A DNA stretch of 64,000 bases from an uncultured Oscillospiraceae bacterium (GTDB lineage Bacteria; Bacillota; Clostridia; Oscillospirales; QAMX01): contig CAYWVF010000008.1 in NCBI GenBank assembly GCA_964461815.1, positions 11,638 through 75,637 on the forward strand, written 5' to 3'. Below, one piece after another: positions 37,890-46,770 of this stretch. A model generated the notes under the pieces. That model saw only the letters and a list, made by a program, of their open reading frames with translations. It made no database searches and was not told the origin of the DNA. Numbering within the stretch: the first letter of the stretch is position 1; every line of letters begins with the position of its first letter. A program made the translations under genes and the position numbers.

Positions 37890-38360
37890 TTATGCTTTAA
37901 GACGAACACTTGCAACATCTGTTAAGACGAAAACGGTCTCACCGCTGCCGCTGTCTATTGTAACGCTGTCGTCACTGTAGGCTGTAAGCTTGCCGGAATA
38001 CTCCTTTGCACCGTCGATCGCATGATAGAGCTTTACAACGACTTCGCTTCCCATGCAGTGCTCGAAATGCTCAGGTCGTGACAGTGTACGCTCCGTACCG
38101 GCAGACGATACATAGAACATATACGCTCCGTCGATAGGATCCTCACGGTCGAGGATCGGGTCAAGTGCTCGACTCACCGCTTCGCAGTCGTCTATGGAGA
38201 TGCCGCCATCCTTGTCGATGAATACCGTCAGCTCATAGCTGCCTCCGAGCTTGACAAGAGTGACGTCCCAGAAGATCAGCCCGAGCTGCTCGACTGTCGG
38301 ACGAAGAAGTGCCTCTATGCGTGTTATGGAATTTCCCTGTTTGGATGCTTTCTTTTTCAT
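37890..38360 (-). CDS. rimP: ribosome maturation factor RimP
   Basis: 156 aa, positioned immediately upstream of nusA. It has the RimP-like pattern LGLIFWDV...L.VFIDKDGGISIDDCE.VSRAL. Confidence 0.9.
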   Translation of the reverse strand: MKKKASKQGNSITRIEALLRPTVEQLGLIFWDVTLVKLGGSYELTVFIDKDGGISIDDCEAVSRALDPILDREDPIDGAYMFYVSSAGTERTLSRPEHFEHCMGSEVVVKLYHAIDGAKEYSGKLTAYSDDSVTIDSGSGETVFVLTDVASVRLKA

Positions 38361-38427
38361 AATAAACAGTTCCTAATAAAAAATTTTGCCTTAAATGATA
38401 TCGTGTGTACGTCTGCTTTAACAATAA

Positions 38428-38451
38428 AGAGTGGGTTTGTTGACCCACTCT
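38428..38451 (-). promoter_or_regulatory. 5' leader hairpin of the rimP-nusA operon (candidate attenuator)
   Basis: 9-bp stem agagtgggt / acccactct with loop ttgttg. On the minus strand it lies about 10-30 nt after the predicted TSS and is followed by ttattgtt. Confidence 0.5.
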
Positions 38452-38466
38452 CCTTTTCTATCCTGT

Positions 38467-38495
38467 ATTATATCACTATCCTTAGTGAATTGCAA
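38467..38495 (-). promoter_or_regulatory. sigma-A promoter of rimP-nusA-ylxR-ylxQ-infB
   Basis: On the minus strand: TTGCAA, 17-nt spacer, TGaTATAAT (extended -10). Confidence 0.75.
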
Positions 38496-38586
38496 GCTTT
38501 TTTTATAAAAAATAGCTTATTTTTAAAGTTTTTCCAAAATAAGTCGAATTTATTTTATTTTATTGTTGGTTTTTGACTATCATATA

Positions 38587-38595
38587 TGATATAAT
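38587..38595 (+). promoter_or_regulatory. extended -10 promoter for the CPBP gene
   Basis: TGATATAAT lies about 30 nt upstream of the start. The -35 (TGGTTT) is weak. Confidence 0.55.
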
Positions 38596-38627
38596 AGAGT
38601 GAAAAAGCGAAACAGAGGACTGTGAAG

Positions 38628-39188
38628 ATGAGAGCTTTATCGGTGATGCTTGTCACTTTAGCTATGCTTGCGATGAAAAATATACTCGATCCGCTCGTAA
38701 GCTACGCACTTTATGCATTTATAGGTATCGTATATATCGTAAAATTCGGACAGAAGAAAAATAAGCTGAGACTCGGGAAGAGTCTCGGTATCGGCATACT
38801 TTGCGGCATAGCAGCCTTTGCAGTCGGCTTATGTATTACAGCGGCAGTGAGCTTTATATTGGATGCAGCCGATACTGCGGTGACGGATAACGGCTCGAAG
38901 CTTCTGAATGAGCTCATCCTGTCGGCGCTTATCCCCTGCGTATGCGAGGAGCTGTTTTTCAGGGGTATGCTGCAAACGGAGCTTGAGCGTGTCACGGATG
39001 GACGTGTGGCTGTGGCTGTGACGGCAATGTTTTTCGCATTGTTCCATCTGCCGGCAATAAAAATACCTGCCATGTTCACGGCAGGTATAGCGTTCGGTTA
39101 TGTGTATCTGAAGACGGGCAGACTTGAGGCTGCGGTAACAGCTCATTTCGTAAATAATGCCCTTGCGGTGATAATATCGAATATGTGA
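38628..39188 (+). CDS. CPBP-family intramembrane glutamic endopeptidase (CAAX protease-like)
   Basis: Motifs EELFFRG, FALFH and HFVNN in a polytopic protein. An alternative GTG start lies at 38622. Confidence 0.85.
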   Translation: MRALSVMLVTLAMLAMKNILDPLVSYALYAFIGIVYIVKFGQKKNKLRLGKSLGIGILCGIAAFAVGLCITAAVSFILDAADTAVTDNGSKLLNELILSALIPCVCEELFFRGMLQTELERVTDGRVAVAVTAMFFALFHLPAIKIPAMFTAGIAFGYVYLKTGRLEAAVTAHFVNNALAVIISNM

Positions 39189-39192
39189 GCAC

Positions 39193-39903
39193 CTACATCC
39201 AAAACCGCTCTACCACGAATTTCAGCACATGGCTCTGCGAGATCTCATCTATGGAGAAAAACGGCTCTGAATTGAGCAGCTCCGGCAGGAATGTCAGCAG
39301 CACCCATACCGGGATAAACAGGAAAACGAACCCTGTGATCGCTCCGAGTATCACGCCGAGCGTGATATTGACAGGACCTACGACAGGTATCTTATTGACG
39401 AAGTCGAGATGCTCTATCGCTACCTTAAGTATTGCATTTATCAGAGCAAAGACGAGGATGGATAGTATGAACGCAGTCAGAGAGTGGCTTATCATCGAGG
39501 AGACGCTTGTTACAAGACCGTCTATACCGTCGAGCTCGGTATCTTCCGAAGACGAGTCTTCCTTCGAAGCTGCATCCTCCTGCTCCTTATCGTCGGAGAT
39601 CATGTCGCTTACTATGGATACGATCTTGTCCGATGCCTTGACGATGGTCGATGCAAGCTCATCTCCGCTGTCACCGAGCGTCTCGTCTACCTTTTCACCG
39701 ATAAGAGCGGAGACCGCAGGTGCAATGTACCTGTCGGAAATAGCATTCGAGAAGCCGCCGACGATCGCAAAGGTCAGACACAGCGCTACGACGGTCGATA
39801 CCAGAGAAAGTACAGACCTGACAAAGCCGTTGCGAGCACCTATGTAGACGCAGTATGCGAATATTGCGACGAGTATTATGTCTATGATCAGTGCAGATGT
39901 CAT
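39193..39903 (-). CDS. cvpA: CvpA-family membrane protein
   Basis: The N-terminus IIDIILVAIFAYCVYIGARNGFVRSVLSLVS is typical of CvpA. An acidic Ser/Asp/Glu-rich insert lies mid-protein. Confidence 0.75.
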   Translation of the reverse strand: MTSALIIDIILVAIFAYCVYIGARNGFVRSVLSLVSTVVALCLTFAIVGGFSNAISDRYIAPAVSALIGEKVDETLGDSGDELASTIVKASDKIVSIVSDMISDDKEQEDAASKEDSSSEDTELDGIDGLVTSVSSMISHSLTAFILSILVFALINAILKVAIEHLDFVNKIPVVGPVNITLGVILGAITGFVFLFIPVWVLLTFLPELLNSEPFFSIDEISQSHVLKFVVERFWM

Positions 39904-39962
39904 GATAGTAATTATGCTTTGGTTTTAAAAGCATTCTCCTTATACTGGAATTTGCTTAAATT

Positions 39963-41186
39963 TTATTCGGATGCTTCCGAGGTGCTTTGAGCGTTTTTGA
40001 ACGGAGTGATAAAGTCAACATAGCCAGCTTCACTGGAATATATGAGAAGCACCTTGCCGTCACTGTTTACGAGAAGGTCACGCACTCCGTATACCTCTAC
40101 AGGCTGACCGTATGCTTTGAGCTTTCGGTCGTATACCTCAGTGCTTTGAGTATACAGAACTGCGACATAGTCTCCGTTTACCGATATCTTTCGTATCGCA
40201 TCGTCGGTGTAGATCGAAACAGGCTCGGTATGGTCGGCACTTATAGTGACAAGCTTTGCGCCGAGTCCGCTCGTCCTGTCTGTCAGCGACAGAGCGACGC
40301 AGTTTGAGCCTGCGGCATATGTTTTGAGCATATCGTTCCCATATTCATAGGAGCACAGCTCGAGACCGAGCTTATCTATTACGACTGTTCTGTTATCTCC
40401 TATGACACAGAGCTTATCGTCGTCAAGAAAATACATGTTTGTGGCGAGAGAGTTATCGAAAATGTAAGAAGCACCGAATTCCTCACGGCTGAGGTCGAAG
40501 AAGATTATCTTCGATCTGAACTCACCGCCGTCCTGAGTGAGAGCGGTAACGGCAATATGACTGCTGTCGGGAGACAGCACTGCACGGAGAAGATAATAAT
40601 CCGAGGTCTTCCACTGGTAGATAAGATTTTGAGAGTTGTCGTAAACGTTCACGACACTGCGGTAGTAATCATCATCACGTGTCACGGCGAGGAAGCCGGA
40701 ATCGTTCTGATCAAGTGATATTATATCGCCCTCCTCGGTGATCGTGGATACGAGTGAGGTCTGTCCTGTTATGATTATCGATCTGCCTCCACGGTCGTAG
40801 GCTGCAACATAGGTAGAGCCTGTCTCAAGTGCGGGTCGGCTGAAGCCGAGCTGAAGTGAAAGGAGCTCATTTCCGGCAGGAGCGTACATTTTCAGAGTAC
40901 CATGATTGAGTACGGTGAGATTGTAGTTGTAAAGTGAATAGAGGTTAGTGCTGTCAGGCTCAAAGTATATGCGTTCGATATCAGTCTCAGCCATGCTTTC
41001 AAGCTGATTTCTGGCTTTGAGTGATGCGTATGCCTCTGCCATATCGGTGCGGAAAGAATAAATACTGAGCACTGCCGATACAAAGATGCATAGCAGCACG
41101 ATCTTTCTTATGTGCTTTACCGCTTCAAGCCTCTTGTCACGAATAGCAGCCTCTGCGCTGTCGGACGGACGTATAGTGTAGTTCAC
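39963..41186 (-). CDS. membrane-anchored hypothetical protein, beta-rich ectodomain (possibly DUF5711-type)
   Basis: 407 aa with a single N-terminal TM (IVLLCIFVSAVLSIYSF). The rest has repetitive beta-strand-like composition, and I recognise no catalytic motif. Confidence 0.55.
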   Translation of the reverse strand: MNYTIRPSDSAEAAIRDKRLEAVKHIRKIVLLCIFVSAVLSIYSFRTDMAEAYASLKARNQLESMAETDIERIYFEPDSTNLYSLYNYNLTVLNHGTLKMYAPAGNELLSLQLGFSRPALETGSTYVAAYDRGGRSIIITGQTSLVSTITEEGDIISLDQNDSGFLAVTRDDDYYRSVVNVYDNSQNLIYQWKTSDYYLLRAVLSPDSSHIAVTALTQDGGEFRSKIIFFDLSREEFGASYIFDNSLATNMYFLDDDKLCVIGDNRTVVIDKLGLELCSYEYGNDMLKTYAAGSNCVALSLTDRTSGLGAKLVTISADHTEPVSIYTDDAIRKISVNGDYVAVLYTQSTEVYDRKLKAYGQPVEVYGVRDLLVNSDGKVLLIYSSEAGYVDFITPFKNAQSTSEASE

Positions 41187-41224
41187 TTACTTACTCCTTT
41201 TTATACTGAGAACGTGTTTGATGT

Positions 41225-41968
41225 TTATTCCGGGTACTTTACACCTGTCAAGCAAAGTCCGCAGGCTTTCATGACAGGGCCTGCACGCTTCCTGTCGCAG
41301 GAGAGAAGTATATCGCTTATCTCCTCCGGCTTTATCTTTCCGAGACCGACAAACATCAGAGTTCCGGCAATAGTTCTGACCATATTGTAGAGGAAGCCGT
41401 TTGCGGCGACACGAATACGGATGAGATCACCGTCTTTCGACAGATCACAGCGGTAGATCGTCCTGACGGTGGTTTTTACATTACTTCCGAGTGTACGCAT
41501 AGACGAGAAATCATGCTCGCCCACGAAGTAACGTGCTGCCTCCGACATTTTGTCGAAATCCAACGGTGCAGGGATATACGCCGCTCTGTCGGACAGAAAC
41601 GGATCACGTGTGCGTGAGTTCAGGATAGAAAATGTATATTCCTTTTCGATGCATGAGAAGGATGCATGAAAATCGTCGGGAACGATCTCAGCCTTATGCA
41701 CGGAAATGTCATCGGGAATAAAGGCATTTAAAGCTAGCGGCAGCTTTTCCACGGTAATAGTCGTGTTGAGAAAGACGTTTGCAACATAATTTCTTGCATG
41801 TACGCCGGCGTCGGTACGTCCGCAGCCGATTACGTGTACCTTTTCACCCGTCAGCTTGCCCAGAGCATACTCAAGTATTGCCTGGATCGTGAACGCATTG
41901 AGCTGACGCTGCCAGCCGTGATAATTTGTACCGATATACGATAATGTTAATTTATAATTTGTAGCCAT
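41225..41968 (-). CDS. truA: tRNA pseudouridine(38-40) synthase
   Basis: YIGTNYHGWQRQ and the catalytic GCGRTDAGVHA motif. The ATG lies 2 nt after the ecfT stop. Confidence 0.9.
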   Translation of the reverse strand: MATNYKLTLSYIGTNYHGWQRQLNAFTIQAILEYALGKLTGEKVHVIGCGRTDAGVHARNYVANVFLNTTITVEKLPLALNAFIPDDISVHKAEIVPDDFHASFSCIEKEYTFSILNSRTRDPFLSDRAAYIPAPLDFDKMSEAARYFVGEHDFSSMRTLGSNVKTTVRTIYRCDLSKDGDLIRIRVAANGFLYNMVRTIAGTLMFVGLGKIKPEEISDILLSCDRKRAGPVMKACGLCLTGVKYPE

Positions 41969-41970
41969 AA

Positions 41971-42774
41971 TCACCAAAATATTGCAGAGACGATGATCCC
42001 TGCTGTTAGTATGATGCTCACAGCGATAGCGCAGTAGTCCACACGCTGCATTTTGAGCACCTTAAGTCTTGTACGTCCAACACTTCCTCTATAGCAGCGG
42101 CATTCCATAGCTACTGCAAGCTCGTCTGCTCTGCGGAATGCGCTGATAAACAGTGGAACAAGTATAGGCACCAGAGCCTTTGCACGGTTGATAATATTGC
42201 CCGATTCGAAATCGGCTCCTCGTGCCTTCTGTGCGCTCATGATCTTATCTGTCTCCTCGATGAGCGTCGGGATAAATCGGAGTGCGATCGTCATCATCAT
42301 TGCAAGCTCATGAACGGGGAATTTTACCTTCTTGAGAGGGTTGAGCAGATGCTCGATACCGTCGGTGAGCATGATGGGAGATGTGGTGTAGGTCAGGAGC
42401 ACGAATGTGCCTGCAATGAGCATGGCGATACGAAGCGCCATGTATATTGCAGTCTCGACACCCTCATAGGAGATGCTGAATATCCAGAATTCTACGAGAG
42501 TGCGCCCTTCGATATAAAACATATTGAGAAGAGCAGTGAATATAATTATAAACAAAAGCGGCTTCATGCTTTTGAATATAACCTTGATGCTGATCCTTGA
42601 TACTGCGATAAGATAGATGAGCGCAGCAAGGCAGATACCGTAGCTTATAGGACCCTTTGCCACGAACAGCAATATGATATATGCAAGAGTGAGCGTTATC
42701 TTGACACGAGGGTCGAGCCGATGGACGATGCTGTCACCTGGGAAGTACTGACCGAGAGTGATATCCTTTATCAT
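41971..42774 (-). CDS. ecfT: ECF transporter transmembrane (T) component
   Basis: 267-aa polytopic protein. IALRFIPTL...AQKARG is the EcfT coupling-helix region. It follows two ECF ATPase genes. Confidence 0.9.
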   Translation of the reverse strand: MIKDITLGQYFPGDSIVHRLDPRVKITLTLAYIILLFVAKGPISYGICLAALIYLIAVSRISIKVIFKSMKPLLFIIIFTALLNMFYIEGRTLVEFWIFSISYEGVETAIYMALRIAMLIAGTFVLLTYTTSPIMLTDGIEHLLNPLKKVKFPVHELAMMMTIALRFIPTLIEETDKIMSAQKARGADFESGNIINRAKALVPILVPLFISAFRRADELAVAMECRCYRGSVGRTRLKVLKMQRVDYCAIAVSIILTAGIIVSAIFW

Positions 42775-43643
42775 TTGGACTGTCCTCCCTTCGAGATGAG
42801 CTCATCCACTATTTTTTTTGCATATTTTACGGTATATACCGATGTCGGGATATTGATACCGTACTTTTCCGATAGCTCCATGAATACCTTCGTTATCTGA
42901 GGCACTGCAAGACCGATGCTGTCGAGAAGCTCAGCCTCGAGGAATACGTTCTCGGGAGTATCGTTGAGCACTATCTTCGAGTCGTTCAGCACGATGAGAC
43001 GTTCAACGGTACGTGCGATATCCTCCATGCTGTGAGTTACGAAAAGTATCGTAGTACCACGCTCACGATGGTATGTCTTGATAAGCTTGAGTATACGCTC
43101 ACGACCGTGCGGATCGAGACCCGATGTAGGCTCGTCCAGTATGAGCACCTCGGGACGCATCGCAAGCACACCTGCGATAGCTACACGCCGCTTCTGACCG
43201 CCCGAAAGCTCGAACGGAGACTTGTCGAGCTGCTCGTCACGTATGCCTGTAAACCTTGCGGCCTCACGTACACGTGAGTCTACCTCCTCGTCGGAAAGCC
43301 CCATGTTCTTCGGACCGAAGGCGATATCCTTATATACCGTCTCCTCAAAGAGCTGATGCTCGGGGTACTGAAATACAAGTCCGACCTTGAAGCGCACGTC
43401 ACGCAGCTTGTAGCCCTTTTCGTGGATGCTCTGTCCGCGGAAGTATACCTCGCCGGAGGAAGGCTTGATGAGTCCGTTCAGCATTTGAACGAGTGTGGAT
43501 TTGCCCGAGCCTGTATGACCGATCAGGCCGATAAAATCGCCCTCCTCGATCTTAAAGGATATGTTATCGAGCGCCGTATGCTCAAACGGAGTTCCGACGC
43601 CGTATGTATATGTAAGATTTTTTGTTTCTATTATGGTTCCCAT
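42771..43643 (-). CDS. ecfA2: ECF transporter ATPase EcfA2
   Basis: Walker A GHTGSGKST, signature LSGGQKRRVAIA, Walker B LILDEPTSGLD. It overlaps ecfT. Confidence 0.9.
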   Translation of the reverse strand: MGTIIETKNLTYTYGVGTPFEHTALDNISFKIEEGDFIGLIGHTGSGKSTLVQMLNGLIKPSSGEVYFRGQSIHEKGYKLRDVRFKVGLVFQYPEHQLFEETVYKDIAFGPKNMGLSDEEVDSRVREAARFTGIRDEQLDKSPFELSGGQKRRVAIAGVLAMRPEVLILDEPTSGLDPHGRERILKLIKTYHRERGTTILFVTHSMEDIARTVERLIVLNDSKIVLNDTPENVFLEAELLDSIGLAVPQITKVFMELSEKYGINIPTSVYTVKYAKKIVDELISKGGQSK

Positions 43644-43668
43644 TTTGATAGATCCGTTCTGTGTAGAT

Positions 43669-44529
43669 TTAGAGAGAGGATTGAGCCTTTATGATATACT
43701 TAGCCAGAGCCTGAGCACATTCGCTGACTGTGAGGAGTCCCTCGGGCAGATCAGCTCCGTCGGCTCTGAGCAGCTGGAGAAGCTCCACGGGCTGAGGTAC
43801 TGCAAGCCCTGCATCGTACAGCTCATCCGGACGCCAGAATACCTCACGCGGAGTACCATCCATAATGACCTTGCCCTCGCTCATCACTATAACTCTGTCA
43901 GCCTCGGCAGCTTCATTCATGTGATGTGTTATGAGCACGACCGTTATGCCGAGCTCACGGTTCAGCATACGTATTGCTTTCATGACCTCACGTCTGCCAA
44001 CAGGGTCGAGCATCGCCGTAGGCTCGTCCAGTACGATGCACTCCGGCCGCATGGCTATGATACCGCCGATGGCAACACGCTGCTTTTGACCGCCTGAGAG
44101 CTTGTACGTGGCGTGAAGCTTGTATTTTGTCATGCCTACTGCTTCGAGCGCATCATCGACACGCTTTCTTATCTCCTCACGAGGCACGCCGAGGTTTTCG
44201 GGAGCAAATGCCACGTCCTCCTCGACTACTGTCGCAACTATCTGGTTGTCGGGATTCTGGAATACCATGCCGACGCATTGACGGATGTCGTATAGCAGCT
44301 CGTCATTTGCGGTATCCATGCCCTTTATCGTCATTTTACCCTCGGTAGGAACGAGGATGGCGTTCAAATGCTTCGCAAAGGTGGATTTACCTGAGCCGTT
44401 GTGCCCCAGTACAGCTACAAACTCGCCCTTTGAGATCGTTATGTCAAGCCCATTGAGCGCAGTGTGTGACTGCCCCTCCGCATTCTTATATTCAAATTTG
44501 ATATTATCGGATATTATAAAGTCTTTCAA
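43669..44529 (-). CDS. ecfA1: ECF transporter ATPase EcfA1
   Basis: Walker A GHNGSGKST, signature LSGGQKQRVAIG, Walker B IVLDEPTAMLD. Confidence 0.9.
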   Translation of the reverse strand: MKDFIISDNIKFEYKNAEGQSHTALNGLDITISKGEFVAVLGHNGSGKSTFAKHLNAILVPTEGKMTIKGMDTANDELLYDIRQCVGMVFQNPDNQIVATVVEEDVAFAPENLGVPREEIRKRVDDALEAVGMTKYKLHATYKLSGGQKQRVAIGGIIAMRPECIVLDEPTAMLDPVGRREVMKAIRMLNRELGITVVLITHHMNEAAEADRVIVMSEGKVIMDGTPREVFWRPDELYDAGLAVPQPVELLQLLRADGADLPEGLLTVSECAQALAKYIIKAQSSL

Positions 44530-44556
44530 TGTAATTCACGTCCAAAAAACAGTATG

Positions 44557-45429
44557 TTAAAAACTCAAACGTGCCGTAGCGCCACAGGGGAGTGCCATTC
44601 CGGTAGAGGATACGGGAAGCGCAAGCTCCGCACATTCGCACTTACCTCCGCCGAATCGCTTACCTGCGGTGAGTCCGAGTATGTAGCCCGAAACGGAGGG
44701 TGCAAGCCCCGTGGAATAGGAGCTTATCATTATGAAGTCGGGATCGTCCGACATTACCTGGGTACAAAGTGCTACGAAATCGTACAGATTATCCTCGATC
44801 TTCCATATCTCACCGGATGGACCTCGACCGTAGGACGGAGGATCCATGATAATGGCATCGTAGCGTCTGCCACGGCGTATCTCACGCTCGATAAACTTGG
44901 CGCAGTCATCGACTATCCAGCGTATCGGTGCATTTTCAAGCCCGGAAAGCCTTGCGTTTTCCTTTGCCCATGCGACCATGCCCTTTGCCGCATCGACATG
45001 ACATACCTCGGCACCTGCCGCAGCAGCCGAGATGGATGCAGCACCTGTGTATGCAAACAGATTCAGGACACGTGCCGGCTTGCCTGCCTTTATACGTGCC
45101 TTGATGCGCTCCGCTGCAAAATCCCAGTTCGAAGCCTGCTCCGGGAAAAGGCCGGTATGCTTGAACGTCATCGGCTTTAGGTTAAATGACAGGTCTCTGT
45201 AGCTTATCTTCCACGAATCGGGGAGCCGTCTGTTTTCCCAGTGACCGCCGCCGGAGGATGAGCGGATATATCTCGCATCGGCTTTGCGCCAACGGGGATC
45301 AGTCCTGCCGCTGCTCCATACAGCCTGCGGATCGGGACGGATAAGTATATATTTGCCCCAACGCTCCAGACGTTCGCCCTCGGAGCAGTCGAGTACTTCA
45401 AAATCGTTCCATTTATCGGATAAAAACAT
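44557..45429 (-). CDS. class I SAM-dependent methyltransferase (RlmI/RlmK-like catalytic domain)
   Basis: VLNLFAYTGAASI is the SAM-binding glycine-rich loop, and IIMDPPSYGRG is a DPP(Y/F)-type motif. Confidence 0.75.
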   Translation of the reverse strand: MFLSDKWNDFEVLDCSEGERLERWGKYILIRPDPQAVWSSGRTDPRWRKADARYIRSSSGGGHWENRRLPDSWKISYRDLSFNLKPMTFKHTGLFPEQASNWDFAAERIKARIKAGKPARVLNLFAYTGAASISAAAAGAEVCHVDAAKGMVAWAKENARLSGLENAPIRWIVDDCAKFIEREIRRGRRYDAIIMDPPSYGRGPSGEIWKIEDNLYDFVALCTQVMSDDPDFIMISSYSTGLAPSVSGYILGLTAGKRFGGGKCECAELALPVSSTGMALPCGATARLSF

Positions 45430-45554
45430 GTTTGACCTCTTTATTATAACTATTCATTTTATTTTATCACTAATATTTCCGCAAGTCAATTGTTATTGAG
45501 TATCTTTTTAATGAACTAAATGACAGATTATCATATAAATTAACAATTTGTTAC

Positions 45555-45583
45555 TTGACCGTACATATTTACTGTTGTAAAAT
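45555..45583 (+). promoter_or_regulatory. sigma-A promoter of the cyclophilin gene
   Basis: TTGACC, 17-nt spacer, TAAAAT. Confidence 0.65.
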
Positions 45584-45618
45584 GTATAAAGATATAAAAA
45601 TTTCGGAGGAAAATCAAA

Positions 45619-46218
45619 ATGAGACCCTACAAGAGACTATCGGTCATTCTGGCTTTCGTGCTCCTGATATGCACTGTCTTATCGGGCTGCGGAAAAAGCG
45701 CAAAGGTGATCACATCGGCCGATGAGCTGCCCATCGACTACAACACTTCCGCTACGATCAATTTCGAGATCGTAATGGAGGACGGAAATGTTATCGAGGG
45801 TGAGCTTTATCCGAAGGCTGCACCGATAACCGTTCGCAACTTCGTAACACTTGCGGAGAGCGGCTACTACGACGGAAAATGCTTTACACGTACAGTAGAC
45901 GATGTACTGATCCAGACCGAATCAGACCCCGACCCGGATTACTTTATCCGTGCCGAGGTAAAGAGCAACGGCTGGAACAATACACAGAGCCATGTTCGCG
46001 GCACGATCTCGATGGCGAGAAGAAGCGAATACGATACGGCGTACAGCTCATTCTTCATCCTGCTCGACGACAGAAAGAATTACGACGGTGAATATGCCGC
46101 ATTCGGTAAGGTAACCTCGGGACTTAAGTATGCTACAGAGTATTCACATGCCGAGGGCGAGGGTGAATACACAACAGAGGAAATAAAGATAAAGACTATA
46201 AATATCTATCAAAAGTAA
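45619..46218 (+). CDS. cyclophilin-type peptidyl-prolyl isomerase lipoprotein
   Basis: Lipobox LSGCG after the signal peptide. APITVRNFVTLAESGYYDG is the cyclophilin core. GGAGG lies upstream. Confidence 0.85.
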   Translation: MRPYKRLSVILAFVLLICTVLSGCGKSAKVITSADELPIDYNTSATINFEIVMEDGNVIEGELYPKAAPITVRNFVTLAESGYYDGKCFTRTVDDVLIQTESDPDPDYFIRAEVKSNGWNNTQSHVRGTISMARRSEYDTAYSSFFILLDDRKNYDGEYAAFGKVTSGLKYATEYSHAEGEGEYTTEEIKIKTINIYQK

Positions 46219-46753
46219 GTGTATATCGAGATGCTTTAACAGCGAAGCCGCCACCATAAGGCGGCTTCCATTCGTAATACGGCTTTTTCTCGGTGCAGTA
46301 AAGCTCCATGAGCGCACCGATAACTCCGCCGTGAAGTATGAATGCAGCCGAGCCGCAGTCGAGCTGCGACAGCTCATGTAAAAAGGCATCCGATACACGG
46401 CGAAAGAACGTGTTTTTGGATTCACCGCCGGGGCATATAAAGTCGCCGGAGACATCGGTGATCCAATCGATATAAGCCTTATCGAATTTAAGCTCCTCAT
46501 ATGAGTGCAGCTCAAATCGTCCGAAATCCATTTCACGGAGCTCGGACGATATTTTTATATTTCGATGTGGGAATAATATTTGTGCTGTTTCGATACAGCG
46601 CAGCAGCGGACTTGATATGACGATATCGGGCGAAAGAGACGATGGAGTCAATGCACCTCGCCCTTTTTCCGACAGCGGTACATCACTTGAGCCGCAGTAG
46701 AGGTGAGCTTCTCCGGCTTCGGTGGAGCCGTGGCGTATAAGATATATTTTCAT
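46196..46753 (-). CDS. cobC: histidine phosphatase family protein (alpha-ribazole phosphatase CobC-like)
   Basis: MKIYLIRHGSTE carries the RHG motif. It lies directly downstream of cobS. Its 3' end overlaps the convergent PPIase gene by 23 nt. Confidence 0.7.
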   Translation of the reverse strand: MKIYLIRHGSTEAGEAHLYCGSSDVPLSEKGRGALTPSSLSPDIVISSPLLRCIETAQILFPHRNIKISSELREMDFGRFELHSYEELKFDKAYIDWITDVSGDFICPGGESKNTFFRRVSDAFLHELSQLDCGSAAFILHGGVIGALMELYCTEKKPYYEWKPPYGGGFAVKASRYTLTFDRYL

Positions 46754-46770
46754 TTGAGCTGACCTCGAAT

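Noticed and set aside
39185-39847. 220-aa Ser/Thr-rich ORF on the plus strand, opposite cvpA.
   Set aside because: The minus-strand frame gives a typical CvpA N-terminus and TM pattern. The plus-strand product is low-complexity, and its start overlaps the CPBP gene end without an RBS.
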